Made by a program: the position numbers and the translations under genes
In this document: positions 1 to 9,616 of the stretch, in pieces
Layout of the letters: the number at the start of each line of letters is the position of its first letter
Position numbering within the stretch: position 1 is the stretch's first letter
The notes under the pieces: generated by a model
What the model saw: the letters and a program-made list of their open reading frames with translations, nothing else
What the model was told of the DNA's origin: nothing
The model's database searches: none
Assembly: GCA_048938445.1 (NCBI GenBank)
Contig: JBHLME010000017.1
Coordinates: 1 to 48,344 of the forward strand
From: Promethearchaeota archaeon
GTDB lineage: Archaea > Asgardarchaeota > Lokiarchaeia > Sigyniarchaeales > SOKP01
Direction: 5' to 3'
DNA length: 48,344 bases

Positions 1-292
1 GATACCCCCCGCAATTAGCTTCCCCCCAGACACCAGTATAATGTGATTTTGCGCACACGACAAATTTAGAACCACTTGGAACACTCGATCCGGTAAATGG
101 TCCCGTCATGAACATTAATATATTTTCGGGTGATAAAGGATCGGTATTTTTATTTAAGCGATCATATAAGTACCTGGCACAATAACCTGCGCCTCCTAAG
201 AAATTTTTTGAAATAGTTTCATCAAGAGGTTCCTCTGAAATTTCTTTCGTGCTTAAATTCACTTTTAATAATTTTCCTATGAATCCTTTCAA
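1..292 (-). CDS. aor: Aldehyde ferredoxin oxidoreductase family protein, N-terminal part (runs off the window)
   Basis: Not in the ORF track. Manual translation from TTG at 292 gives MKGFIGKLLKVNLSTKEISEEPL...FLGGAG..ARYLY...DPLSPENILMFMTGPFTGS..P...K..V.AKS..TG.WGEANCGG, a classic AFOR_N sequence. A GGTG motif lies about 10 nt upstream. Confidence 0.9.
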   Translation of the reverse strand, partial: MKGFIGKLLKVNLSTKEISEEPLDETISKNFLGGAGYCARYLYDRLNKNTDPLSPENILMFMTGPFTGSSVPSGSKFVVCAKSHYTGVWGEANCGGY

Positions 293-331
293 ATCTTAAA
301 ACACCATTTTTTTTTAAAATTTCTTTTTTTT

Positions 332-1528
332 TTAAAAATCTATATCTTTACCTTCATACGCATACATGAACATTTTTCTGAAATCATCTCCAGATGCAGA
401 TCTTGGGCTCATTGCAGCAATAGCACTTTCAAAGCATAACTGCACTAATAGGTCTAGGTTTTTTTCATATTCTTCTTTTGAGATACCTAACTCCTGAACC
501 TTTAAAGGTAAATTAATTTCTTTAGCAAGTTCCTTGATCTTGGTTACTAAGACATTAGCAGCAATTTTATCATCGTCAGTCCATTGTGCCCATCCAAGTT
601 GTTTAACAAATTTAGCAACTCTTTGAACCGTATCATCTTTTTCATCTGGATTATTCAAACAAAATTTCAAGATATATGGTAAATACATTCCTACACTTTG
701 TCCATGTGCAATGTGGAACACGGCACCTAAGGAATGACCCATTGAATGACCTATATTAGCTTGAGAATTTCCAAAAGCTAAACCTGCAATCGTTGCTGCT
801 TGATGCATGTAATCACGGGCTTCCTGATTTTGACCATCTTTTACAGCAACAGGTAAATATTTAAAGATTAATTCAACAGCTTTAAGGCTCATTGCATCAC
901 TAAATTCATTTTTCCAAGTACCAATCAACCCTTCAATTGAGTGGGCAAGGGCATCAAAACCAGTTTCTGCAGTCAATTTTGGTGGCATGCCCGTAGAAAA
1001 AATTGGATCGACAATTGCGTAGCGAGGAATCATTCCCTTATGAGCTTGTTCTAATTTTATCCATACATCATTCTGAAGCCTCGAGACAACTACTGCCATA
1101 GTTGTTTCAGCACCAGTTCCTGAAGTCGTGGGAATTCCCACTAATATTGATTTTTTCATGTTATAGAGGGCTGGTTGGAAAGGATGCAAATCATCTATGG
1201 TAAAATCAGGGTATTCATACAATGCATAACACGCTTTTGCTGTATCTAAAACTGAACCCCCACCAAGACCTACTATCATATTAGGGGCAAATTCTATGCA
1301 TTTTTTAGAAGCTTTAAGTATATCATCTTCATGAGGATCAGGAACTACATCGGTAAAAATTTCATATTTTCTCCCAAATTGGTCAAGCTTATCCGTGAGA
1401 ATTTTTATATAACCTAATTTCTCTAAAATCTTATCAGAAATGATAAATATTTTTTCTCCAGGGATATTTTCTATGAAATCCAATGCGTCCTCCCCATATA
1501 TTATATTTGGACTAAAAAAATACCACAT
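332..1528 (-). CDS. Iron-containing alcohol dehydrogenase
   Basis: GLGGGSVLD, PTTSGTGAE, DALAHSIE, GHSMGH and HG metal-ligand motifs. Confidence 0.93.
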   Translation of the reverse strand: MWYFFSPNIIYGEDALDFIENIPGEKIFIISDKILEKLGYIKILTDKLDQFGRKYEIFTDVVPDPHEDDILKASKKCIEFAPNMIVGLGGGSVLDTAKACYALYEYPDFTIDDLHPFQPALYNMKKSILVGIPTTSGTGAETTMAVVVSRLQNDVWIKLEQAHKGMIPRYAIVDPIFSTGMPPKLTAETGFDALAHSIEGLIGTWKNEFSDAMSLKAVELIFKYLPVAVKDGQNQEARDYMHQAATIAGLAFGNSQANIGHSMGHSLGAVFHIAHGQSVGMYLPYILKFCLNNPDEKDDTVQRVAKFVKQLGWAQWTDDDKIAANVLVTKIKELAKEINLPLKVQELGISKEEYEKNLDLLVQLCFESAIAAMSPRSASGDDFRKMFMYAYEGKDIDF

Positions 1529-1797
1529 TCTTATTTCCTATATATTAGTAATTATTAATTTTAATATTTTAAAAAAAAGCCATAATGCTATATCCTTTTT
1601 AATTCCTTAAATATATTTCTCCCAGATTTATTATCTAACAGTAAGTGTGCCAAATGAAAGTAAAATGTGATATTAAACTCTGCTTTTGACATTTTTGTAA
1701 AATCTATCCAATTAATTTTAAACAAATCTTAGATTTAATAAATTATAAGTTTCATATTACGAAAGTAATAACAATCAATAATTAATAGTGAAATAAC

Positions 1798-2205
1798 ATG
1801 TTAGTGTTTAGTGAAGAATGGGTTACGGAGTTTTGTAAAAAAATTAATGGAAATGCAGCTTATGCAGAAGCTGCCTCATGGTGGGAGGGGGATTTTCTTT
1901 TTGTATGTACGCCAAGCGGAAATTGTCCTGATACAATAACAATGTTTGTTGGATTACTTCATGGGAAATGTACTGGTTCAAAAATTATTAAACAAGGGGA
2001 AGAAGCTCCTAAAACAGAATTTGTGGTCCAAGGAACTTACGATAATTGGATGAAAGTCTTGAAAAAAGAAATGGATCCAATTCAGGGAATGATGGCTGGA
2101 AAACTTAAATTAACGGGTAATATGGCAAAGATAATGAGAGCTGTAAAAGCAGCTCAAGAATTAGTAAATAGTACAGCAATGGTAGAAAATGTAGAATTTT
2201 ACTAA
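1798..2205 (+). CDS. SCP2 sterol/lipid-binding domain protein
   Basis: FSEEW...NGNAAY start; W..VL...MDPIQGMMAGKLKLTGNM..IMR, typical of SCP2. Confidence 0.88.
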   Translation: MLVFSEEWVTEFCKKINGNAAYAEAASWWEGDFLFVCTPSGNCPDTITMFVGLLHGKCTGSKIIKQGEEAPKTEFVVQGTYDNWMKVLKKEMDPIQGMMAGKLKLTGNMAKIMRAVKAAQELVNSTAMVENVEFY

Positions 2206-2281
2206 ATAATTTTTCTTTTCTTTTTATTTTTCTAAAGGATATATAAAATTTAACTTACATATTACTTTTAATCTAGTTATA

Positions 2282-3079
2282 ATGTTAAAAAACTCTAAAG
2301 ATCTCTCCAAATTAAGAGAAAAAAAATCATTTTTCTTTGATTTAGATGGAACCATTTATTTAGGTAATAAGATATTTACTGGTATTCTTGAATTAGTTGA
2401 TCTATTAAAGAGCAAAAATAAAAATTTTTATTTTCTTTCAAATAATTCAAGTAGATCTACTTCGGATTATCTTAAAAAATTGGAAAATTTAGGTTTAGAA
2501 GTTTCTCGTGAAAATGTTATTTTATCACAACATCCCACCATTGATTATCTCAAGAATAATGGATATAAACGGATCTTTTTAATGGGAAATCAGTCACTTA
2601 AAGAAGAATTTATGAGTGAAGGATTTCAATTAACTGAAGAAAATCCCGAGATCTTAGTGCTTGCTTTTGATCAGGAATTAACCTATCAAAAACTAGTTAA
2701 AGCAACTGGCTTTCTCCTAAATGATATCCCATATATTGCAACACATTTAGATGATAGATGTCCTACTGAAGATGGATATATACCAGATGCGGGAGGAATT
2801 GCCTCTCTATTATATAAAGCTACTCAAAGGATGCCAAAAGTTTTTGGGAAGCCAAATAAAGAGATGATTTTATTTAAATTAAATCAATCTGGAGTGTCTC
2901 CTAAAGACGCGGTGATGTTTGGAGATCGACTTTATACTGACATAAAAATGGGAAGAAATGCGGGAATTATAACTTGTTTGGTATTATCCGGAGAATCTAC
3001 CCTCGAAATGGTAGAAAATAGCGAAAATAAACCCGATTTTATAATTAATGGTGTTTGGGAATTATTAAAAGTCCTTTAA
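2282..3079 (+). CDS. HAD-IIA (NagD-like) phosphatase
   Basis: FDLDGT, LSNNS, GKP and GDRLYTD motifs. Confidence 0.92.
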   Translation: MLKNSKDLSKLREKKSFFFDLDGTIYLGNKIFTGILELVDLLKSKNKNFYFLSNNSSRSTSDYLKKLENLGLEVSRENVILSQHPTIDYLKNNGYKRIFLMGNQSLKEEFMSEGFQLTEENPEILVLAFDQELTYQKLVKATGFLLNDIPYIATHLDDRCPTEDGYIPDAGGIASLLYKATQRMPKVFGKPNKEMILFKLNQSGVSPKDAVMFGDRLYTDIKMGRNAGIITCLVLSGESTLEMVENSENKPDFIINGVWELLKVL

Positions 3080-3149
3080 CATTAAATATATTCATAAAGA
3101 ATTATCATTTCAAGAATTTATCATAAATTATATTACGTGAGATTCCAAC

Positions 3150-4187
3150 ATGGTATTGACACTTGAAGATAAAATATCTCTATTAAAAGAAGTAGGTGAG
3201 GAAATTGTTGAAGAAGGAGAATTACGAAAGATGCTTCAATGGAAAATTGAAAATAAAAATGAGATATTTGCTTATGATGGATTTGAGCCTTCAGGACAAA
3301 TACATATTGCCCAAGGCCTATTGAGAGCTATTAATGTAAATAAATTGATTAAAGCAGGAATAAAATTCAAATTTTTAGTTGCTGATTGGCATGCCGCGGC
3401 AAATCAAAAATTTGGGGGCGATCTTGAAAAGATAAAAGAAGTTGGAGATACTTTTATAGATGTTTGGAAAGCTTGTGATATGGATTTGAATAATGTTGAA
3501 TTTTTATATGCTTCTGACATTGTACAAGATCCTTCTTACTGGGAACTTGTTTTAAAAATATCCATTAATAGTACTTTAAAAAGAGTTAAGCGTTGCACTC
3601 AAATTATGGGTAGGAGTGAATCGGATAAACTAAACGCCTCACAAATCCTATATCCATTAATGCAAGCTGCAGATATTTTTTATCTTAACGTAGATATCTG
3701 TCAATTAGGTCTTGATCAAAGAAAAGTAAATATTCTAGCTAGAGAACTTGCAAAAACACTTAATAGACCCAAACCCGTATTAATTCACCATCACATGCTA
3801 ATGGGATTGAACAAACCTCCAGACAGTAGTTTATCTGGAGTTGATAGAATCATTGAGCTTAAAATGTCAAAATCCGATCCTGATTCAGCAATTTTCATGC
3901 TTGATTCTCAAGCAGACATTAAACGCAAAATTAACAAGGCTTATTGCCCTCCAAAAGAAATTAAAGAAAATCCTATATTAGAATACTGTAAATACATTAT
4001 TTTTGAGAGAATTAAAGAATTTTCAATCAATCGACCCGAAAAATATGGAGGAAATGTTGAATATTTATCTTATAATGATCTTGAATCTGATTATCGCGAA
4101 GGAAAGTTAAATCCTCCAGATTTAAAACCAACAGTAATAAAATATTTAGACGAATTGATTGCTCCCATAAGAGAGCAATTTATTTAA
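3150..4187 (+). CDS. tyrS: Tyrosine--tRNA ligase, archaeal/eukaryotic type
   Basis: YDGFEPSG.IHIAQG, YPLMQAAD, GLDQRK, KMSKS, AYCP. Confidence 0.96.
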   Translation: MVLTLEDKISLLKEVGEEIVEEGELRKMLQWKIENKNEIFAYDGFEPSGQIHIAQGLLRAINVNKLIKAGIKFKFLVADWHAAANQKFGGDLEKIKEVGDTFIDVWKACDMDLNNVEFLYASDIVQDPSYWELVLKISINSTLKRVKRCTQIMGRSESDKLNASQILYPLMQAADIFYLNVDICQLGLDQRKVNILARELAKTLNRPKPVLIHHHMLMGLNKPPDSSLSGVDRIIELKMSKSDPDSAIFMLDSQADIKRKINKAYCPPKEIKENPILEYCKYIIFERIKEFSINRPEKYGGNVEYLSYNDLESDYREGKLNPPDLKPTVIKYLDELIAPIREQFI

Positions 4188-4241
4188 AATTTTTAAGAAT
4201 TTAAGAATTATAAAAATAATATAAAATATCTACTAATTATT

Positions 4242-4871
4242 ATGGTTAAAATTCTTGTTTTGGGAGATTCTCACATACCAAGAAGAGCAAAATCTATTCC
4301 AGAGGAAATAATTGATAAGATAAACAAATTGACTGAAAATTCTCTATTTGATATTGTTTTATTTACTGGAGATGTAATTAAAGCTCCGGATTTAATAGAA
4401 TTCTTAAAATCTAAAGCAAAAAGGGGTTTTTATAAAGTATTAGGAAATATGGATTATTATGGTGGAGACACAGATGCGCCATTATACCAAAAGCTACATT
4501 TCAAGACTTTAGAGGATAAAGAACTTGTTATTGGATTGAGTCATGGTGCTGAAATTGAACCTAGAGGTGATCTTTTAAAATTAGAAGCACTCGCTCTTGA
4601 AAAGCAATATAGCATTCTAATATTTGGACATACGCATAAGGAAGAAATCTTTTTGTCCGAAAATGGAATCTTGCTTATCAATCCTGGAAGTATAACAGGT
4701 GCTTGGAGCTTTTTAGCAAGTCAAACTCCTTCATTTATAATGATAAATCTGATGGAGAATAACCAAAAAATTACAATTAAACTATTTCAGCTATTTAAAA
4801 ATATAAGAGAAATAAGAGAAACCAATTTTCAATTCAGATTTCAAAAAGGACGGATTTCGAGCTATTATTAA
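4242..4871 (+). CDS. YfcE/Vps29-family metallophosphoesterase
   Basis: GDSHIP, TGD, GNMD, SHG, GHTH, NPGSITGA and PSF motifs. Confidence 0.9.
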   Translation: MVKILVLGDSHIPRRAKSIPEEIIDKINKLTENSLFDIVLFTGDVIKAPDLIEFLKSKAKRGFYKVLGNMDYYGGDTDAPLYQKLHFKTLEDKELVIGLSHGAEIEPRGDLLKLEALALEKQYSILIFGHTHKEEIFLSENGILLINPGSITGAWSFLASQTPSFIMINLMENNQKITIKLFQLFKNIREIRETNFQFRFQKGRISSYY

Positions 4872-4923
4872 CTTTTTAGAAAAAATATATATTTATTGGA
4901 ACTTTTAATTTTTTGAATATAAA

Positions 4924-6051
4924 ATGTCCGAAGTTCATTTTAATAAAGAAAAAGGCTCTCAAATAAAATTATTTACTCCCGGGCCAGTTTACGTGCCAGA
5001 GCGAGTTTTAAATGAGATGGCAAAGCCTAATGATACGCATAGATCGGAACCATATTCTGAAATGCATCAAATCGCAGTTGAAGGACTTCAAAAGGTATTG
5101 TATACCAAAAATGAATGCCTATTATTCACATCAAGTGCAACAGGAATCATGGAAGCATGCGTTAGAAATCTTATCAAAGATGACGAGAAAGCACTTTTTA
5201 TTTCAATAGGCGCTTTTGGTGATCGTTGGCATCAAGTTGGAATTTCAAATGGAAAGAATTCTGTAAAAAAGGAAGTGGAATGGGGAAAACCAATAAAACC
5301 AGATGACCTTCAAGAAGAATTATCAAAGGATAAATATTCTGTTGTTTTTCTTCAATCAAATGAAACATCTACAGGTGTTTATAATCCCGTTGATGAAGTC
5401 ATACCAATAATCAAAGATTCTGGTGCATTAGTTTGTGTAGATGCTACATCATCAATGGCCGGAGTAAAAATTGAAGTAGATAAACTTGGTATTGATGTTT
5501 GCTTGGCTTCAGTTCAAAAATGTTTTGCTTTACCACCAGGTTTGGCAGTTGCTTCTGTTTCAGATGCTGCTTTCGATAAAGCATCTAAAGTAAAAAATAG
5601 AGGATTATATTTTGATTTTGGTGAGCTTTTAAAGAAAAATAAAGCAAATCAAACCCCAAACACGCCATCAATTCCGCAAATTAGAGGTTTAGTTGCCCAA
5701 TTGGATTATTTTTTTAATCAAGAGGGTTTAGAAAACAGATTCAAGAGACACGAGCAACTTGGCAAGAGGACAAGAATATGGGCACGGGATATCAATCTCG
5801 AAATGTTCCCTGAAAAAGGTTATGAGTCTGATACCGTATCTACTATGAAGAACTCACTAGACATTGATTTTAGTGAGATGGTTAAGATGATGTTAGCCAA
5901 TGGTTATAGGATAGTAAATGGCTATGGTTCACTTGTGAATAAAACATTTAGGATTGGACACATGGGAGAAATTACTGTACAACAACTCGAAGAGATGCTT
6001 ATTGTTCTCTCTGATATAATTGCACAACTACAATTAAAGAAATTTAAATGA
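4924..6051 (+). CDS. Class V PLP aminotransferase (alanine-glyoxylate/serine-pyruvate family)
   Basis: FTPGP, HRS, NETSTGV, VDATSS, SVQKCFALPPG (PLP Lys), FRIGHMG. Confidence 0.92.
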   Translation: MSEVHFNKEKGSQIKLFTPGPVYVPERVLNEMAKPNDTHRSEPYSEMHQIAVEGLQKVLYTKNECLLFTSSATGIMEACVRNLIKDDEKALFISIGAFGDRWHQVGISNGKNSVKKEVEWGKPIKPDDLQEELSKDKYSVVFLQSNETSTGVYNPVDEVIPIIKDSGALVCVDATSSMAGVKIEVDKLGIDVCLASVQKCFALPPGLAVASVSDAAFDKASKVKNRGLYFDFGELLKKNKANQTPNTPSIPQIRGLVAQLDYFFNQEGLENRFKRHEQLGKRTRIWARDINLEMFPEKGYESDTVSTMKNSLDIDFSEMVKMMLANGYRIVNGYGSLVNKTFRIGHMGEITVQQLEEMLIVLSDIIAQLQLKKFK

Positions 6052-6302
6052 TTTATTCAAAATTAAAATTTATAATATCATTAATTTTTATTTTTTTTTA
6101 TTCATTCTTTACTTATTCCTTTAAATAATAAAGCAAATGAGTTAAATTTGAATTTTGACTTTCAAAAATTATGAAAACTATTATACATTAATAAATAATA
6201 TACATGTATTATTAAATAATAAAATAGCTTTATATATTATAAAGACTAATATTAAAAAATAAGCGAATTATATTATCCAATATTTATATAGGGACATACT
6301 TA

Positions 6303-7466
6303 ATGGAAGAGTCTGAAAAATCTAATCTTTTTGAAACACTTAAATCTGTAGTTGGCAGTATAATTGAAGAAAAACGCAATAATCCAAAATATACTAATAA
6401 GTTAAATGAATTCAATGCAAGTGTTAATTTAGGATTACAAATGACTGCTGATTATTTTTTTTGGTTAAATCTGACTGCTAATGATGGTAAATTTAAACTT
6501 GCCCGGGATAAACTCCCTTCCTATGATCTTGAACTTATAGCTGCTCCCGAGGATTTATTATATTTTCTCAATCGGCAATACTCTGTCATTCACATGGTCA
6601 CAAAGAAAAATAAATATGGAAATAGAAAATTAGTAATTGGAAAAGGAACTACTGGACGCAATCTTGGAAAATTATTACGCTTATCAAAAATCCTTGTACT
6701 ACAAAAAATCAAGTATCCCAAAATATTATCTACAGAAGAATATAAAAGTCCTAAAGTAGCACCTAAGCCAAAACAAGATACGCTTTTTAAAAAGAAATAT
6801 AAATTATTGACAGCTACACTCTTGGGTATTTTTTTACCATCTTTCTTAACTTTCCTTTTCATGTTAGCGTTAGAGCAAATACCTCAATTATGGCATTTAG
6901 TTGATGGTGATCTAGGCGTATTTTATTCAATGATATTATTTAACACATTTAACTTGATTTATGATATTCCCTTATTGGGGTATGGATATTGGATAGTATT
7001 CATTGTATGGGCTGTAACAGGAATCTTTATAGGTTTAATCTGTCGAGATATTCTCAAAAGCCTAATTATTGATGGAATCGCTATTGGAATAAACATTATT
7101 TTATATAGTATATTTGTATTTATATATTTTCCATCATATCCGTCCAGTTTTGTTTTTCTCATAGAACAATTTAGTAAATGGTATCCTGGACTTGCTAGTG
7201 GATTGTTTATACCCTTTTTTCTAATGATTCATATTATACTCGATTCATTTGCATTACCCATGTTAGTGTTATTTACATTAATTGGTGGTTTAATCAATCC
7301 GAGACCAGAAATTTATACAATTTTTGATGCTAAAATGGCATCAAAGGTTAAGAATAAATATAAAGGAGCGCCTGTATCAAAAAAGAGATTTTCTAAGGGA
7401 AAAATTGAAACAACTCCTCCAGCAAGCAATAAACCAAGTCCATCTATACAAGATGGAGATAAATAG
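6303..7466 (+). CDS. Hypothetical membrane protein: SCP2-like N-terminal domain plus about 5 C-terminal TM helices
   Basis: Long ORF. The N-terminal pattern WLNL...DGKFKL......YDLELIA..EDLL...N...S.......L.I resembles SCP2; hydrophobic segments run from about aa 168-330. Confidence 0.6.
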   Translation: MEESEKSNLFETLKSVVGSIIEEKRNNPKYTNKLNEFNASVNLGLQMTADYFFWLNLTANDGKFKLARDKLPSYDLELIAAPEDLLYFLNRQYSVIHMVTKKNKYGNRKLVIGKGTTGRNLGKLLRLSKILVLQKIKYPKILSTEEYKSPKVAPKPKQDTLFKKKYKLLTATLLGIFLPSFLTFLFMLALEQIPQLWHLVDGDLGVFYSMILFNTFNLIYDIPLLGYGYWIVFIVWAVTGIFIGLICRDILKSLIIDGIAIGINIILYSIFVFIYFPSYPSSFVFLIEQFSKWYPGLASGLFIPFFLMIHIILDSFALPMLVLFTLIGGLINPRPEIYTIFDAKMASKVKNKYKGAPVSKKRFSKGKIETTPPASNKPSPSIQDGDK

Positions 7467-7503
7467 TAATTAAGTATTTCTTATTTATCATTTGTTAAAA
7501 GAC

Positions 7504-8634
7504 TTATATTCCAATTCCAATTGTATTTCCAATTCCCGCTATAATAATTTTTGTACCTTTTTCAGTTCGCTTGCGAATTGCCATCTTGATTTTTTCTACG
7601 ATTAATGGCACAGAGTTTGTTATTGAACGCTTCATAGTCGTTATTGCATCTTCAAGCGATTGTTTACATATTAAAGCATCAATGGGTATACCTTTATTTG
7701 TAGAGGAGTCCTCGATAAATGATTTTTCTACCCCTATCCCTCCTATTGCAGCACCAACACCGATAGCTATGGAACCTGTCTTGTCTCCAGATAATTTTAA
7801 TCCCGCATCAATCATGATTATCCTTGAAATCGCATCACCATGTTGTTCAATTAATTTTTTAATAGCTTTTCCAGGTTTACCCACGGTACCTCCTGGTCCC
7901 TTTGCTCTGACAACATAGACAATCCTATCCTCAAATTCGACTTCTTGGTAAATAGTATCTCGAGCAATATCGACAGCTTTTATATCATCTTTAGTAACAT
8001 CACGAACAAAATGACCAGCAACCATTGGACCGAGAGCATCACCAATCGGACTTCCTTCGGAAAAAGCCTTGGTTGCATAATAATATGATTTCGCCATAGC
8101 CATAACAAGACTTAATTGCATCGCAATTTGCATTAATAATATCATGGATTTTGACTTCTTTCCTAAAATTAAATAGTGTTTGATTAATCGATAAATAAAG
8201 TTCACTGCCATCGCAGCTTCTATTAAGTTTTCTAAATTACTTCTTTGAATACTATCTGCATTTGGGGCTAACATTTTTACTTCTTCTTCAAATCTATTGT
8301 CCCGAATATCGACTATATGGTCAATTTTTGGAATGAGTCCGTATGGATCAAGAGTTACAGGCATTATCTCAACAAACGTCATGAAATTTTCCAATTTCAA
8401 CATTAAATCCTTTTCATTTTCTTTTTTATCCGCAAATTGTTTATATTGTTTAAGTAATATCTGTTTGCACTCTTCATCCCATTTTTTAAGTTTTTCTAAT
8501 GCTGTTTTTATCTGATTTGAGGCCATAAAACCTTGAAGTTTTTGTCCATAAAACATGGATATAAATATAAGTACAAAAAACAGTAAATTAAGGATTAAAC
8601 TAAGAGGATCAGTTTGTTGTTGAGTTAGACCCAT
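7504..8634 (-). CDS. DUF1512 family archaeal protein
   Basis: N-terminal TM; P..LDP.G...K, PIGDALGP, A.GPGGTVGKPG, IDAGLKL.G..TG.IA.GVGAAIGG.G.EK, GIGNTIGIG. Confidence 0.88.
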   Translation of the reverse strand: MGLTQQQTDPLSLILNLLFFVLIFISMFYGQKLQGFMASNQIKTALEKLKKWDEECKQILLKQYKQFADKKENEKDLMLKLENFMTFVEIMPVTLDPYGLIPKIDHIVDIRDNRFEEEVKMLAPNADSIQRSNLENLIEAAMAVNFIYRLIKHYLILGKKSKSMILLMQIAMQLSLVMAMAKSYYYATKAFSEGSPIGDALGPMVAGHFVRDVTKDDIKAVDIARDTIYQEVEFEDRIVYVVRAKGPGGTVGKPGKAIKKLIEQHGDAISRIIMIDAGLKLSGDKTGSIAIGVGAAIGGIGVEKSFIEDSSTNKGIPIDALICKQSLEDAITTMKRSITNSVPLIVEKIKMAIRKRTEKGTKIIIAGIGNTIGIGI

Positions 8635-8816
8635 TAATAATCATTTTTTCTATCTTTTTTTCAATAATAAATTAAAACAGTTTAACTTTTTGAATTTTAT
8701 TCTTTTAAAGAATAATTTTAATGGAATTTATGATTTTTTCTATTGATTATAATAAAAAAAAATTTATTTCTTATTGTTATATATTATTTAGTAAAGAATT
8801 ATGGAGATTACTGGTT

Positions 8817-9251
8817 TTGATTGATGAAGAAGATGACGAGGAAATTTTAACGAAACGAGTGAGCTTAAAAACAATTTTAAAAACTATTTTTGTAATATTA
8901 TTGATTCTTTTAGGAGCGGTGATAATATATGTTGGTATATTCCCTGGAGATCAAATATTAAATTTTATAATTGGTTTCACACTAATATGTGTTGGAACAA
9001 CGATCATTCAATATCAAACAGAACCTGCAGAACCAAATAGACAAACATTAACAATATTAAAATGTTCTTTATGTGGTTTAACTAAGGTTCGGAATCATAA
9101 ACAAGGAGATTTTGTATATAAAAAAATGGATAATTGCGATAAATGCAATGATATTATGCAGATAAATCAAATTTACTCTGTAAAATTAAAAACTCAAACT
9201 AAAAAAGAAAAAAAACAAGAATTATTAACTCAAAAATCTTCTAAAAAGTAA
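8817..9251 (+). CDS. Membrane-anchored zinc-ribbon protein (hypothetical)
   Basis: Two TM helices followed by CSLC...R....GDFV.....CDKC..IY. TTG at 8817 preceded by GGAG is a more likely start than ATG 8721. Confidence 0.7.
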   Translation: MIDEEDDEEILTKRVSLKTILKTIFVILLILLGAVIIYVGIFPGDQILNFIIGFTLICVGTTIIQYQTEPAEPNRQTLTILKCSLCGLTKVRNHKQGDFVYKKMDNCDKCNDIMQINQIYSVKLKTQTKKEKKQELLTQKSSKK

Positions 9252-9351
9252 TTGAAATAGAAAAATTTTTTAGAGATTCTAGTTTATAGAATTTAAAATC
9301 GTAAAACATGCTTTAGTAGAAATGCACATGAAAATAATATCTCACAATGTA

Positions 9352-9417
9352 ATGTTCACATGTAAGCAAAATTACGATTTATTCTTCTTTAAATTTTTTA
9401 TCCTGCCAAGGGAATAA
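9352..9417 (+). CDS. Putative Phe-rich leader peptide MFTCKQNYDLFFFKFFILPRE (in-frame ATGs also at 9322 and 9328)
   Basis: Manual translation gives 5 Phe in 6 consecutive codons (9382-9399), upstream of pheS-pheT-pheA. Could be chance in T-rich DNA. Confidence 0.3.
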   Translation: MFTCKQNYDLFFFKFFILPRE

Positions 9418-9453
9418 TATATTTTAGAAAGTTCTCTTGGCTGCGGATTTTTT
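9400..9453 (+). terminator. GC-rich stem-loop followed by a T-tract (terminator/attenuator-like)
   Basis: GCCAAGGGAA (9405-9414) pairs with TTCTCTTGGC (9432-9441, one G-U). ATCC/GGAT extends the stem past a bulge, and TTTTTT follows. Confidence 0.5.
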
Positions 9454-9616
9454 GTTGAAATTATAACTTTTTAAACATAAAAAAAAAATTATGATAAATT
9501 TTATTAACCTAATTCAAAATCGGGTAAATTGAAACGATTTTACCGACAAAAAATTTAAATAAATTACAGTTTTAGAAAAAATATAGCGCCTATTAAAATA
9601 ATTAGTAATTTTGATC

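Noticed and set aside
293-307. In-frame ATG-GTG-TTT-TAA just upstream of the aor TTG start (possible readthrough or pseudogene)
   Set aside because: AOR homology begins at the TTG (MKGF.GK.L.V.L); the upstream GGTG is better read as an RBS.
9400-9453. Hairpin as a SECIS element or tRNA fragment
   Set aside because: No neighbouring gene has an in-frame TGA needing recoding, and there are no SECIS core or cloverleaf features.
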